Positions 13,996-27,727 of a stretch of 64,000 nucleotides of DNA are shown piece after piece. Numbering within the stretch: the stretch's first letter is position 1; the number at the start of each line of letters is the position of its first letter. A program made the position numbers and the translations under genes. Below the pieces are notes generated by a model. It ran no database searches, was not told the origin of the DNA, and worked only from the letters and a program-made list of their open reading frames with translations. Origin of the DNA: Octopus vulgaris (taxonomy: Eukaryota); NCBI GenBank assembly GCA_951406725.2, contig OX597837.1, forward strand, positions 3,596,001 through 3,660,000. The letters run 5' to 3'.

Positions 13996-14405
13996 AGGCA
14001 GCGAGCTGGCAGAAACGTTAGCACGCCGGGCGAAATGCTTAGCGGTATTTCGTCTGGCATTACGTTCCGAGTTCAAATTCCGCCGTGGTCGACTTTACCT
14101 TTCATCCTTTCGGGGTCGATAAATTAAGTACCAGTTACGCACTGGGGTCGATGTAATCGACTTAATCCGTTTGTCTGTCCTCGTTTGTCTGTCCTCGTTT
14201 GTCCCCTCTGTGTTTAGCCCCTTGTGGGTAGTAAAGAAATAGGTATTTCGACTGCCGTTACATTCTGAGTTCAAATTCCGCTCAGGTCGACTTTGCCTTT
14301 CATCTTTTCGGATCGATAAATTAAGTACCAGTTCGTACTGGATCGAACTAGTCGACTGGGCTCCTCCCCTCAAATTCTGTGTCGTGTTCCCAGAGTAGAA
14401 AAGAC
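13996..14405 (+). mobile_element. SINE family B, tandem dimer
   Basis: A full unit is followed by a 5'-truncated second unit starting GGTATTTCG. Confidence 0.85.
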
Positions 14406-14777
14406 TATTCTGTCTGATGACGTCAGGTAATAGCATAGAATTAGTGCTCAAGTTGACTTCACCACCTAAAATTCCGATTGAAACTGCTATTAAAAGAAAC
14501 AGCGGTGATGTTGCAGCTGCCTAGCAACAATTGGCTACCGTCGGTTTAACATTGAGCTGCTACATGTGGAACAGAATGAAAGTATAAACAAATATCTGTA
14601 CACTGTCTTACTTTCCCCTCAATTGTGTTTCAATACAGAAATGGTGTAATTTACACTCAGACCAGTCAATATATAGATATAGATAGACAGATGGAATTAT
14701 ATATATAGATATATACATATATGTGTGTGAGTGTATGTGTGTACATGTATATATTCCTATATATATGTATGTATACA

Positions 14778-14835
<58 letters not shown>

Positions 14836-14872
14836 CATATATACATATTTACATACACACACACGCACATAT

Positions 14873-14905
<33 letters not shown>

Positions 14906-14928
14906 AATATATAAGCACGCACATTTGC

Positions 14929-14976
<48 letters not shown>

Positions 14977-15274
14977 ATATTTATTGGGAACAGGTTAAAA
15001 ACTACTCTAACGCTTTCTCGATATTTAAATGAACTGTCATATTGTCATACTCTCTTTCTGCCAACGTGTCAGAATATTTTTTGCTGACAAATGATAAAAG
15101 AATTATTAATAAGCATGAAATAATGTGAAATTAAAGAAAAATGTCAGTTTGATTGATGCCATGTGTGTTAACCTTTGTTTCTCATATCTGTTTTAGTTAA
15201 CATAGAGAAAGGTAATTCGGAATGTAGTACGTGTAACGCAGCGCAGAATTTGTGAAGAATTTAATGATCTTTGA

Positions 15275-15997
15275 GGACACCGTATTTCGTTATGCAACCT
15301 TGATATACTTCAAATTATATTAAACGTTTTTATAAGTCAATACTTTGTTCTACTGTGTTAGCAGTGCTATTTCATCACTTATCAAGGTTATTTCTACAGA
15401 TTTTTCTATAGTAATTATAGACAGCACTAGTTTTGTTCCAATGTCTTGTATCCGAAACGCCTGATGTAAACAACAATGATATTGAAGATGAAAAATGGGT
15501 AATAGGCATATATGCCGTATTTCAGGGGATTTCGCTTCTTCATCAGCACCCATCCAGCCTGTTAATCATCCTGGAACTCATTGCTTAAATGGCAACTAAA
15601 TATAACGTTTGATATACCAATTTTACATATTAAACACATCCCTGGAAGCTGGTATGTAAGGATGAATAACCCGAAGGGACACCGTATTTCCTTATGCAAC
15701 CACAATATACATCAACGTTTTTACAATTTTTATAAATCAGATGTTTTTATAAGTCAATACTTTGTTCTACCGTGTTAGCAGTGCTATTACATCACTTATC
15801 AAGGTTATTTCTACAGATGTTTCTGTAGTAATTATAGACAGCACTGATTTTGTTCCACTGTCTTGTATCCGAAACGCCTGATGTAAACAATAATAAGATT
15901 AAAGATGAAAATGGGTAATAGGAATACATGCCGTACTTCAAGGGAGTTTGCTTCTCCATCAGCACTTATCCAACCCATTAATCATCCTGGTACTCAT
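15275..15997 (+). repeat. Local direct duplication, unit about 300-400 bp
   Basis: GGACACCGTATTTC..TATGCAACC and TTTTATAAGTCAATACTTTGTTCTAC...TTAATCATCCTGG.ACTCATT occur at about 15275-15582 and 15677-15998. Confidence 0.85.
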
Positions 15998-16002
15998 TAT
16001 AT

Positions 16003-16342
16003 TGACTCCAGTGCGTAACTGGTACTTATTTAATCGACCCCGAAAGGTTGAAAGGCAAAGTCAACCTCGGGGGAATTTGAACTCAGAACATAACGACAGA
16101 CGAAATACCTATTTCTTTATTACCCACAAGGGGCTAAAGACAGAGGGGACAAACAAGGACAGACATAGGTATTAAGTCGATTACATCGACCCAAGTGCGT
16201 AACTGGTACTTAGTTTATCGACCCTGAAAGCTTGAAAGGCAAAGTTGACCTCGGTGGAATTTGAACTCAGAACGTAGCGACAGACGAAATACCGCTAAGC
16301 ATTTCGCCCGGCGTGCTAACGATTCTGCCAGCTCATCACCTT
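16003..16342 (-). mobile_element. SINE family B, tandem dimer
   Basis: Two B cores on the minus strand. Confidence 0.85.
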
Positions 16343-16651
16343 ATTGAAAAAATATGGTGGACTGTTGTTCAACAAATCTTGTTGATAATCGGAAAGCTGT
16401 TTTACGAAGTGGTGGCCATGTAACATCAAACACTTTAAACACGTTATTAAAAAAAAAAGGTATTAAAATTATTCTATTGGTTTATGAAAACGAATAATAA
16501 TGTGCATAATCCGTGTTATAAACAACATTTTAATCCCTGTAATTATTCCTTTGTCATTTATTTTCTTATAAAAACAGTCTGAAAATAAATTGAAATTCAT
16601 TAAAACATTTTGTTATATTAAAATTACAATAAGTATGTTTTCTTTAAAAAA

Positions 16652-16689
<38 letters not shown>

Positions 16690-16717
16690 ACGTATATATA
16701 TAAATACATAAATACAT

Positions 16718-16777
<60 letters not shown>

Positions 16778-17156
16778 TTTATATATACATACATATACAC
16801 ATACATATACACATACGGTTATACATTCAATCATACACACGTTCCCCCCACAACATACAAACGCACAAACTTAAGACAACCGGAAAATAAATTGAAGCTA
16901 TATTTAATTTAAAATATAATTTGTTTATATTTAAAAACAAGATGTTTCTATGAAATTAGTAGGACATTACGGGCTTGCATGGCTGAATGGTTAAAGAGCT
17001 CATTTTGCAACCACGAGGTTTCAGTTTCAGTCTCACCCCACCGCACCTTTGTTTAATGTCTTCTACTATAACGCCGGGCTAAAGTGTATGTACGTGTGTC
17101 CGTGTGTATGTAAGTATGTATGAATGAGCTATTTATTGCCATTTTGTAAGTATGTA

Positions 17157-17319
17157 GGCGCAGGAGTGGCTGTGTGGTAAGTAGCTTGCTTACCAACCAC
17201 ATGGTTCCAGGTTCAGTCCCACTGCATGGCACCTTGGGCAAGTGTCTTCTACCATAGCCTCGGGCCGACCAAAGCCTTGTGAGTGGATTTGGTAGACGGA
17301 AACTGAAAGAAGCCCATCG

Positions 17320-17369
<50 letters not shown>

Positions 17370-17403
17370 TGTGTCCTTATCTGTCCCCCAACATCGGTTG
17401 ACA
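17157..17403 (+). mobile_element. SINE family A, 5' half
   Basis: Head and body run to CCCCAACATCGGTTGACAA, then join mariner sequence. Confidence 0.85.
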
Positions 17404-17558
17404 ATTCTGGGAAGAGTGTATTTTCAAGTTAAAGGAAAGATGGAGACGCATTGTGCAACAAAATGGTTCATATTTGGTTGATTAAAACTATAGTGGCAAG
17501 TATTTATTGACCTTTTTCTGTCCTTTAAAAATCGGCACGAACTTTCTGGACAACCCAA
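17402..17558 (+). mobile_element. 3' end of a mariner, same family as 8877-9441
   Basis: Nearly identical to 9286-9441 including the TIR GGCACGAACTTTCTGGACAACCCAA-TA. Confidence 0.85.
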
Positions 17559-17564
17559 TATTTT

Positions 17565-17980
17565 ATGGCCATGAACGCCAGGTAAAGATTGAAGGAATCC
17601 GATGGTAAGTACAAATAGTTAAAATCGGGTTTCTCAGAAGGGTCTCTCGAGTAACATTACTCGACAGGTTGCATAGCCCGGAAATCAGGGAATCTCTCCA
17701 AGTCGAACCTCTACCTCTCCGCATTAAGAGGGCACAGACCTGGTAATACGGATATGTGATTAGAATACTGGATGAAAGAACCTCAAGGCGGATGCTTTAA
17801 GCCGAGACCAAGAATGGGGGAGACTAAGAATGAGATGTTCGGACGATATCCGTTGTCTCAGTTGGTCATGTAAAGGAATCCTTCTGAAAAACGTAATAAC
17901 AGTTTCTTCTGAAAGGACCCTGTGGAGGAGATGCCTGAAGACTCTATCTAACATACCCCGCCCCTGACTAGTGGGGTGGG
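17565..17980 (+). mobile_element. Degraded RTE-like LINE ORF C-terminal fragment
   Basis: Translates as IGFLRRVSRVTLLDRLHSPEIRESLQVEPLPLRIKRAQTW*YGYVIR, resembling the RTE C-terminal FLRRI...D+I...EIR...W.GHV.R region. Confidence 0.6.
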
Positions 17981-18231
17981 GGATGGACAGAAGGGCGGAT
18001 ACTTTACTTTATTTTCATTGTTTTGATAAACTTCAAACAGTAAAGATTTTTATGAGGAATTCTTGTTCGGCACGTTTTTCCTACGCTTCAGAGGTTTGGT
18101 AAAATCTCAAATATTACCGGAATTAAGAAATATACTCGTATCAAAAAGTTAGAAATACTTCAAAATCAACGAATGAATTAATTCTAAGGATAATTGAAGT
18201 ATTAGAAGCAATACACACACACACACGCACA

Positions 18232-18310
<79 letters not shown>

Positions 18311-18700
18311 ACACATACACATGCATACTTACACACATATAAAACGAACATAAAGAAACACTTGCCGAAGAATTACATCTATCCATCTACTTCATAATTA
18401 AGTCGTGTGTTCTAAATTCGCCAACAAAGATCTATTCCTTGCGTTTTTCAAATTTGATATTTCAAAAGCCTTCAATGAGGGCCTGAAATCGCTTCAAAGA
18501 TTCTTTGAAAAATTTCCGAATACCCGAATATTCCTGAAGATTTTTATTTTTATTACACTTAACTTTTCTCTTCACTCATTCCTTTTAACATTTCGAGGTT
18601 TTCTCTCATCCTTTTTTTGTTGCTCTCCTCATATTTTGTTTTCAATTCATGTTTAACTGATTTTCTGTCTGTCTGTCTCTGTCTGTCTGTCTGTGTGTCA

Positions 18701-18800
<100 letters not shown>

Positions 18801-18854
18801 ATCTATCTATCCTTACCCCGTCTCATAATTTTAGTGTCTCCGTCAATGTATGTT

Positions 18855-18896
<42 letters not shown>

Positions 18897-18897
<1 letters not shown>

Positions 18898-19122
18898 CGA
18901 GCTGGCAGACACGTTAGCGCGCCGAGCGAAATGCATAGCGGTATTTCGTCTGTCGTTACGTTCTTAGTTCAAATTGCGCCGAGGTCAACTTTGCCTTTCA
19001 TCCTTTCGGGGTCGATAAATAAAGTACCAGTTTCGCACTGGGGGCGATATAATCTACTCAATCCCTTCGTCTGTCCTTGTTTGTCCCCTCTATGTTTAGC
19101 CCCTTGTGGGCAGTAAAGAAAT
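18897..19122 (+). mobile_element. SINE family B, full length
   Basis: Head GCGAGCTGGCAG to tail GTAAAGAAATA. Confidence 0.9.
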
Positions 19123-19129
19123 ATATATA

Positions 19130-19300
19130 GTTAAAATTTACAGGAAAACAAAAGACGAAGACAGGTGTATAAACAACAAGTAGGTGTATTAGTTTAACGC
19201 TCGGGAAAGACTTTTATATTTCGAGCCTACGCTCTTCAACAGGAAGGAACACGAGGAAATAAACAAAGGATAAAAATAAACTTGTGGATTTAGCGGTCTA
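19130..19300 (-). mobile_element. Penelope-like pLTR fragment with a degenerate hammerhead-like motif
   Basis: The minus strand at about 19210-19245 reads CTGTTGA A GAGC GTAG GCTC GAAA TA TA, with the same stem II as the motif at 60466. Confidence 0.5.
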
Positions 19301-19392
19301 TCATGAAGACTGGTTGGAAAAAGGTAGTTGGAGAGGAGAGCTAGGAAGTAGGGGAGATAATAAAGTACCTAAATCTTTATATTTATACCTGT

Positions 19393-19435
<43 letters not shown>

Positions 19436-19575
19436 TCTATTTGCATCGCTAAATTATCTACTTATGTAATAAAGCCTGAATATTTTCTGGTGGGTTCAGT
19501 GTAAAAAGGTATAAGTGCGATAAGACTGGCTGCTTGAATTTCAGACCAAATACAACATACTTTAGAGCGCAAATG

Positions 19576-19780
19576 GCTGACACTTGTACAGACTGAGACT
19601 TGTAGGGACTGACACTTGTAGGGACTGACACTTGTAGAGACTGACACTTGGAGAAACTGACACTTGTAGAGACTGACACTTGGAGAGACTGACACTTGGA
19701 GGGACTGAGACTTGGAGAGACTGACACTTGGAGAGACTGATGCTTGGAGAGACTGACTCTTGGTGAGACTGACACATGGA
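19576..19780 (+). repeat. 18-bp minisatellite (GACTGACACTTGKAGRGA), about 11 copies
   Basis: Directly visible tandem units with no spacers. Confidence 0.92.
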
Positions 19781-20722
19781 GAGACCCATAACGCAATTCT
19801 CAGATAGGCACAGCATGAAACAACGTCTGACTGAGCTGGATCTTTAGTATTCGTATAGATATCAGTCAACCAGGTCTCCAGTTTCGATGTACCCAATGTT
19901 ATTTACAAGGTTTAAAAACCTGACATTACTGAATATAACACCAGAAGAAGCTGTCATGGATGGAAGCAGGCATCCAAACCAAGAACCTCACGATTTTAAA
20001 ACCAAATATATTTACCATTGTGCTCCGTTGTATATGTATATGTGTGTGAATATTTGTAGTACACACAAATAAAAATACACAAGCAAGCCTAAGAATCTAC
20101 TGGAAAGCATAGCGTACCGGATTTAGTCCTTAGACCACCCTCATTTGTTTACCCCTCACTTAGATAAGCCCTCATTAATCTCTCACTTCATTGGTTAATA
20201 GAAAATGTATAGCAGAGAGTAGAGAGGTGTAGACAACATGGCGCATGATGTGAAGCAACGAATTGTTTGGAATCCCTACGGTTTCATCATGCAGTAAATT
20301 AAAATTGATATTTGCAAACAGCAGGTTTGTTACGAGGTGTTTTTAAAATAGATTCAGCAACGTCCGGTTTGACCGGAAAGAGAATATCATTATTAATTAT
20401 CGACGCATGAAATTGGTATGTTGAGCACAAGTACATATGTATGTATGTATGTATGCATGTATGTATGCATGTATGTATTATGTATGTATGTATACATGCA
20501 TATATGTATGTATGTACATTTATTTATTTATATATATACATATACATATGCATACAAACATACACATATACACATACATACAAACACGCATATATATATA
20601 TATATATTAGTATAGATATCTATAATTATAAATAGCTATCTATATATACACATATATAGATACTTATATACATATATACACATATAATCTTACCAACCAT
20701 GCCATATCGTCCAGTCGACTTG

Positions 20723-20754
<32 letters not shown>

Positions 20755-21512
20755 AATACACACACATACAATCTCACCATACACACACATACATACACAC
20801 ACTCTCACATTCACACATACACACACACATATACTTCATGTATACGTGCATAATTACATAAGGATATGCATACATACCATACACATAGGAATACATACAT
20901 TTTAAGATACATATAGCCTCGCGTCCACGCATAACAAGATACGACGATTGAGTTGGTCAATTCCATATTAAGACATGCATTTATAAGGGGGCGCTGAAAG
21001 GTTCGTGGCTTTATTTGTATTGCGAAAGCCCTGGCAAGAGGGCCAACCTTCCGAGTTCTTTTACAGGTCTTACAAAAACTGAAGGACTGATGCAATGTGT
21101 GTGAATATCAGAGGAGTATATGATTGATACTATCTTAATCGATTCCTCCTGTATTTTCTTTTACTCAAAGTTAGGAACTGTTCAACATTGCCTCGAATAG
21201 GCAGGCAACAGTCCGTATTATGGAAACGTAAAGCTACAAAACACAACAAACATTACACATAAATACTTCTGAGCATCTAAACACAATACACAGCAACACT
21301 TGAACAAATAAGACACTTGAACTATCACTAGATTTTGTGCTGTCATTAGGTTTGTTCACTCAGATACAGGTGTAGATTCAGAGCGATATAAAAGAAAAGA
21401 AAGATCTCAAGCTGTGAAAGAAATTGACAGCTAATGACCTCTAACATTTGTCAAACGTTTAAGGAAAACCTTTCCGTACATAGAATTAAACTTGGGTAAT
21501 TGGACGAAATTC

Positions 21513-21743
21513 CTCTTTTTACTCTTTTACTTGTTTCAGACATTTGACTGCGGCGGCTATGCTGGAGCACTGCCTTTAGTCGAGTACATCGACCCCAGGA
21601 CTTATTCTTTGTAAGCGTAGTACTTATTCTATCGGTTTGCTTTTGCCGAACCGCTAAGTTACGGGGAGGTAAACACACCAGCATCGGTTGTCAAGCGATG
21701 TTGGGGGGACAAACACAGACACACAAATATATATACACATACA

Positions 21744-21821
<78 letters not shown>

Positions 21822-21980
21822 TACGACGGGCTTCTTTCAATTTCAGTCTTCCAAATCCACTCACAAGGCTTTTGTCGGCCCGAGGCTACAGTAGAAGACA
21901 CTTTCCCAAGGTGCCATGCAGTGGGATTGAACCCACAACCATGTGTCTCATAAGCAAGCTACTTACCACACAGCCACTCC
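21513..21980 (-). mobile_element. SINE family A
   Basis: Family A head, body and tail. Confidence 0.88.
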
Positions 21981-21994
21981 TATATACATATATA

Positions 21995-22221
21995 GGCGGA
22001 GAGCTGGCAGAAACATTAGTGCGCCGGGCGAAATGCTTAGCAGTATTTCGTCTGTCGTTACGTTCTGAGTTCAAATTCCGACGAGGTAGACTTTGCCTTT
22101 CATCCTTTCGGGGTCGATAAATAAAGTACTAGTTTCGCACTGGGTCGATGTAATCGACTTAATCCCTTTGTCTGTCCTTGTTTGTCCCCTCTCTGTTTGG
22201 CCCCTTGTGGGTAGTAAAGAA

Positions 22222-22222
<1 letters not shown>
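21995..22222 (+). mobile_element. SINE family B, head-to-head with the preceding SINE A
   Basis: GGCGGAGAGCTGGCAGAAAC...GTAAAGAAAT. Confidence 0.9.
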
Positions 22223-22288
<66 letters not shown>

Positions 22289-22399
22289 TATAAAAATCCA
22301 TTTATGAATCCATTTATTAGACAAGAAGTATATACATAACAAATATATACATATATTTGATTAAACCGTAGAATATCCACGAAGTCGACTGGGAAATAT

Positions 22400-22449
<50 letters not shown>

Positions 22450-23706
22450 CGACAACAGCAACAACAACAAGAACAACAATAAATATAACAACGACAGCAA
22501 TGCTTTTCAAAATGGAGTAATTGTTAAAATGTCACTCGGCATTCCGGATCATCAAACATCCGCGACTCTATAAAGCGCCATCTTGTCCCATCCTCAGAAA
22601 GTGAACAAACAAAAAGCCTCAAGCCGCTGTAGCTGTTCTAGGAGATATTCCAACCTACACTCTTTTTTTAAATTTTATTTTTATACGCTGTACTCATATA
22701 AAATATATTCAATAATATAAAAAGAATTAATGTGTTTTCCCCATTTTTTTTAGAAATTGTTTACTTATTTTAAAAGAGTAAGTTATAATACTTAAAGAAC
22801 TTTTCAACAATTTTTATTTTCCCTTTACCTTTTCCTTTCTTTCGATATTTCTTCATTTCATTCTTCCTTTCTTTCTCTCTTTCTTCATTTCATTCTTCCT
22901 TCCTTTCTTTTTTTCTTCCTTCCTTCCTTCACTTCTGTCTGTCTGTCATTTATTACGTCCGCCTTTGCACTTAGATATGCCTTTGTTTAGCTCATAAATA
23001 TTTCATAATAAAGTTACTTATTCTAACTATTTATTTCGCATATACCTTTCAAGTTGGCTTGTTTTATACATACATACATATATACATACATACATGTTAG
23101 CACACATACATAGATACCCCCCCCCACACACACGCATACACATACACACATATATATATTTTATCTTTTCGTTATGAGCGACAGTATTATTCGTTCAAAA
23201 TAGCAATCTTTTCTTATACTTAATGCAAATACACCATTTACAGACTGCTAAACTCTGGTATTTAATTGACATACTATGTATTACCGACAAACAGTGTCAA
23301 AAAATACAGAAATATATCAGTAGGTGACAAAAATCTATATACTTTATCAGTAGCGTGTTTTTTTCTTAGCGTGCGGTTGGCATGCTAAGGATTTCCATAA
23401 ATACATCCAGAGACAGAAAAAGCACCAGAACGTGACAGCCTTCAGTAATCGATAACCGACCCCCCGCGAAAAAAAACAAAAAAACCCACACACGCATATA
23501 TATATTCAATATAATCTCAGTAATAAACTTATTACATGTCTTGAAAGCTGTTTTCTGGCGCAGAAACGAAATTTATAATTTGCAATTAAAGACAGCTATT
23601 TCCAATTTCGCGCTCTGCCTCTCTCTGTGTACACACACACAAACACACAGACAGACACACACATATATATCTATGTATATATATGTATATATACATATAT
23701 ATACAT

Positions 23707-23866
23707 GCGTCGGAGTTGCTGTGTGGTAAGTAGCTTGCTTACCAACCACATGGTTTCGGATTCAGTTCCACTGCGTGGTACCTTGGGCAAGTGTGTTCTA
23801 CTATAGCCTCGGGCCGACCAAAGCCTTGTGAGTGGATTTGGTAGACGGAAACTGAAAGAAGCCTGT

Positions 23867-23925
<59 letters not shown>

Positions 23926-24128
23926 GTGTGTATATGTTTGTGTGTCTGTGTTTGTCCCCCAACATCGCTTGACAACCGATGCTGGTGTGTTTACATCGAC
24001 GTAACATAGCGGTTAGGCAAAAAGAGATCGATACAAAGAATAAGTCCTGGAGTCGATTTGCTCGACTAAAGGTGGTGCTCCATCCAGCATGGCAACAGTC
24101 AAATGACTGAAATAAGTAAAAGAGTAAA
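23707..24128 (+). mobile_element. SINE family A
   Basis: Family A head, body and tail. Confidence 0.88.
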
Positions 24129-24139
24129 ACGAATATATG

Positions 24140-24171
<32 letters not shown>

Positions 24172-24951
24172 TGTATGTATGTATGTATGTATGTATGTAT
24201 GTATGTATGTATGTACATATATATATATATATATGCATGTATGTATGTACATATATATATATAAATATGCATAATTGATGTAATTGAAGTAATATGTATG
24301 TCAATAGCCTTCTTCAGCCGCGCACAATTACTACTCCAAGGACATGTATTACGTTATAAGTTTGAGAAACGAGGGTATTCCAAACAAGTCGTAACCAAAT
24401 TCCTTCACAAGTCAAGTCACTGGCCGAACTGGAGCCAAAGACACTTGTTAAGTGTACCATTCACTAGGACTGAACTCAAAAGAAAATGGTTGCAAAGCCA
24501 TCACGCAGCCATGCCTGTGTGTTGCTATATGTGTGTTGCTATAGATTTCATACATCTAATTCCCGTGGAATATGATAAATCTTAAGAATGAAAACAAAAA
24601 AAAAATAAATAAATAAATAAAAGACTTTACGAATGTTTCCAAATTTGTTGCGTTTGTTTTTACCAATGTTCGAATAAACAGTATCTCTCATATTTTTCAT
24701 AATTTTCTTCTTTTTTCCCACTCAATTTGATCGTTCTTCCTTTCTTTCCATCTTTGTATCTTCCCTGGAATTTTTTGCTTAGTTTTATGTTCTTTGCTTT
24801 GTTCATATATTTTGTTCTAGTTATTATCCGAGAATCCATATTTTATTTATTTCAAACACACACGCATACATACATGCATGCATACATACATACATACATA
24901 CATACATACATACATACATACCTACATACATACATACACACATACAGACAT

Positions 24952-25000
<49 letters not shown>

Positions 25001-25602
25001 AATTTGTACGCACACACGCACACACACACGCACACACTCACTCACTCACACACACACATACTCACTCACACACACACACACGTATGTGATGTCACGATTC
25101 AATACATTCTATTGAATATTTTTGTTTTCGAAATAAAGAAATATATATTGTGATTTTGTAAGTGCAATCAATATATATACACACATATATACACACATAC
25201 ATACACATATGAATATGTATACATACACACATACATACATACATATGTATGTATAGGTATACATATATATATATACATACACGTATCATATATATATATA
25301 TATATGTATCATATCACTGTTTTGATTATAGATCTGGGTCTACTTTTCCATTGTTTTTTGATCAAACCGTATATTTTATACATTTTAACTTAATATGGTT
25401 CAGTTTTTGCCATTTTATATTTTTTGCTATAGTTCAATAGTACGGTCCATTCTATTGTATATTCGACTCTGTTTAGGGTAAACAATATTTAATACCTAAT
25501 CTGTATGTACGTATACGTACACACAAAAACACACACATACATGTAGGTATGCATATATATCTATACTCATATATATATGTACACGCACATATATATAGAT
25601 TA

Positions 25603-25652
<50 letters not shown>

Positions 25653-25779
25653 TTAGATATATGTATATATATATATATATATCAATATACACATATGTAT
25701 GAGTGCATATATATATGTATATATATGCATATATATATATGTATATATAGGTATATATATGTATGTATATATATATATG

Positions 25780-25867
<88 letters not shown>

Positions 25868-25870
25868 TGT

Positions 25871-25928
<58 letters not shown>

Positions 25929-25937
<9 letters not shown>

Positions 25938-26586
25938 TAAAAGAATTCCAACCTTGTCTGATTTTCACGTTTTATTTACAATCTTATAATGATATATTAT
26001 AAGATAATATATTATAATTGAATAAAATAAAATGAAATAGTAGAATGTTAAATATTCATTCTGATTGAACTAGTACTTTCATGCATTGAATTCTGCAATC
26101 TTCGGGTTCATGTAGTAGTGTTGACAGTCATGCTTCACAATTTTTGACTGTAGCAAGATGAGTGATTCTGTGCTATAAATACAGCTGGGTAGGCTCCAGA
26201 GTGCTAGGTTTTGCAAACTGTATTCTGACCAATCAGTGTGTAGTATCACTCAATTACTTAAGCTATTGGTTGGTTGAGCTGATTGGTTAGAATACAGTTT
26301 GCAAAACCTAGCACTCTGGAGCCTACCCAGCTGTATTTATAGCACAGAATCACTCATCTTGCTACAGTCAAAAATTGTGAAGCATGACTGTCAACACTAC
26401 TACATGAACCCGAAGATTGCAGAATTCAATGCATGAAAGTACTAGTTCAATCAGAATGAATATTTAACATTCTACTATTTCATTTTATTTTATTCAATTA
26501 TAATATATTATCTTATAATATATCATTATAAGATTGTAAATAAAACGTGAAAATCAGACAAGGTTGGAATTCTTTTATTAATATAT
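25929..26586. repeat. Long inverted repeat (308-bp arms, 42-bp spacer), probably Penelope-like inverted pLTRs
   Basis: 25929-26236 is the reverse complement of 26279-26586; I saw one mismatch. Each arm has CCAAT, TATA-like, hammerhead-like and AATAAA motifs. Confidence 0.9.
26405..26449 (+). ncRNA. Candidate minimal type I hammerhead ribozyme (variant core); mirror copy at 26066-26110 on the minus strand
   Basis: TGAAC-CCGAAGA-T-TGCA-gaattcaa-TGCA-T-GAA-AGTACT-A-GTTCA: stem I, core, stem II, palindromic stem III, UH site. Confidence 0.55.
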
Positions 26587-26789
26587 TCTTCTATACACAA
26601 TCACACACACCCATATATATATATATCTATATATATATATATATATATATGACTCCTTTCTTGGCTCGGTGATGTTTCACTAACTTGCAGTGTATACTAA
26701 GTGCACTTTATTGGGCAGCTCAATCACGTCAGAGCAATACTAATTCTCACTGATGTCTCGTGACGTTCGGCAGCGCACCCATTCAGATC

Positions 26790-27085
26790 ACCTTGTATCT
26801 CGTGTGTGCCTATCAAATAAAGCCTAAGCTAGGCGTCTGATAAAGAAATGTTTGGAAACTGTTGTGCCCAAGCTTACTGAAGAACAGTGTTGCTACCGCT
26901 CCGGATGCATCTCAACCACTTGGAGATTCGCTCTTCAGCTGGTCTTTGAGAAATCGAAGAGATATTCTCAAAGGGAGTACGCTTGCTTTGCAGAGTTATG
27001 ACCGGGTGAGGCGAGATATGCTGTGGAGGGTTTTCTAGGAGTTTGCTTTCTGAGATATTTGTGTGCAGGTAAATGGTACGAAATC
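26790..27085 (+). mobile_element. Degraded non-LTR reverse transcriptase fragment (RTE-like)
   Basis: PKLTEEQCCYRSG...FALQLVFEKSKRY...YACF, then after a frameshift YDRVRRDMLWRV, matching the EEQ.GFR / AYD.V.R..LW motifs. Confidence 0.65.
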
Positions 27086-27130
27086 GAAACCTTTCATAAC
27101 TTTTTCATTATTCTTATGAACTGTATTTAA

Positions 27131-27727
27131 CCCATTCGTGCCAAAATTTTTCTAGTGAACGAAATTGCCTGAGAATTCACAGACACTAGTTTTTTTTACC
27201 TAAATAACTAGTGAAAAAAATTCATTGAAATCTGTTTGATACAGACTGCATACGCGTTAAGAACCTGTTTCATTCTTAGATACAGATCATACACAAATCA
27301 CAATTTGTATCAAATATTTGTTTTATAACCTTATAAATTAAGGAGATGTACTTGCATAGCAAGTGATTTGATCTGAGATTGTGTGCTGAAACGAAAACAA
27401 TTGCTGCGTGGAAGGTGTTTGTAAGCCATTTAAGAAACACACAAAAGCCGTTCGATTCACTTCAACATTTGAGTTTAATTTGTCAAAATATTTTCGTCTC
27501 TATAAGACCGCGACCTGTTCACTGACAAAAATCCGTGCTGCATCGGAGTTTTGTCAGTGAATAGGTCGCGGTCTTAAAGCGACGAAAATATTTTGACAAA
27601 TTAAACTTAAATGTTGAAGTGAATCGAACGGCTTTTGTGTGTTTCTTAAATGGCTTACAAACACCTTCCACGCTGCAATTGCTTATAAATTAAGTGTCAG
27701 TTTAAAAGGACGATCGGCATGAATGGT
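27131..27727. mobile_element. piggyBac-type MITE with TTAA target duplication, hosting the foldback insertion at 27343
   Basis: TTAA-CCCATTCGTGCC (27127-27142) ... GGCATGAATGGT-TTAA (27716-27731). Confidence 0.6.
27343..27681. mobile_element. Foldback insertion (55-bp tail plus about 138-bp inverted arms) with 13-bp TSD, Penelope-like
   Basis: TSD CTTATAAATTAAG at 27330-27342 and 27682-27694; arms 27398-27535 and 27544-27681; hammerhead-shaped motif at 27550-27600. Confidence 0.8.

Noticed and set aside
19576-19780. CRISPR-like array or repeat protein (QSLQVS ORFs)
   Set aside because: Contiguous 18-bp tandem units with no unique spacers, no cas genes and a eukaryotic context.
25929-26586. 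Interpretation as a TIR DNA transposon (MITE)
   Set aside because: No recognisable superfamily terminus, and the promoter-like, hammerhead-like and poly(A) motifs fit an inverted pLTR better; not fully excluded.
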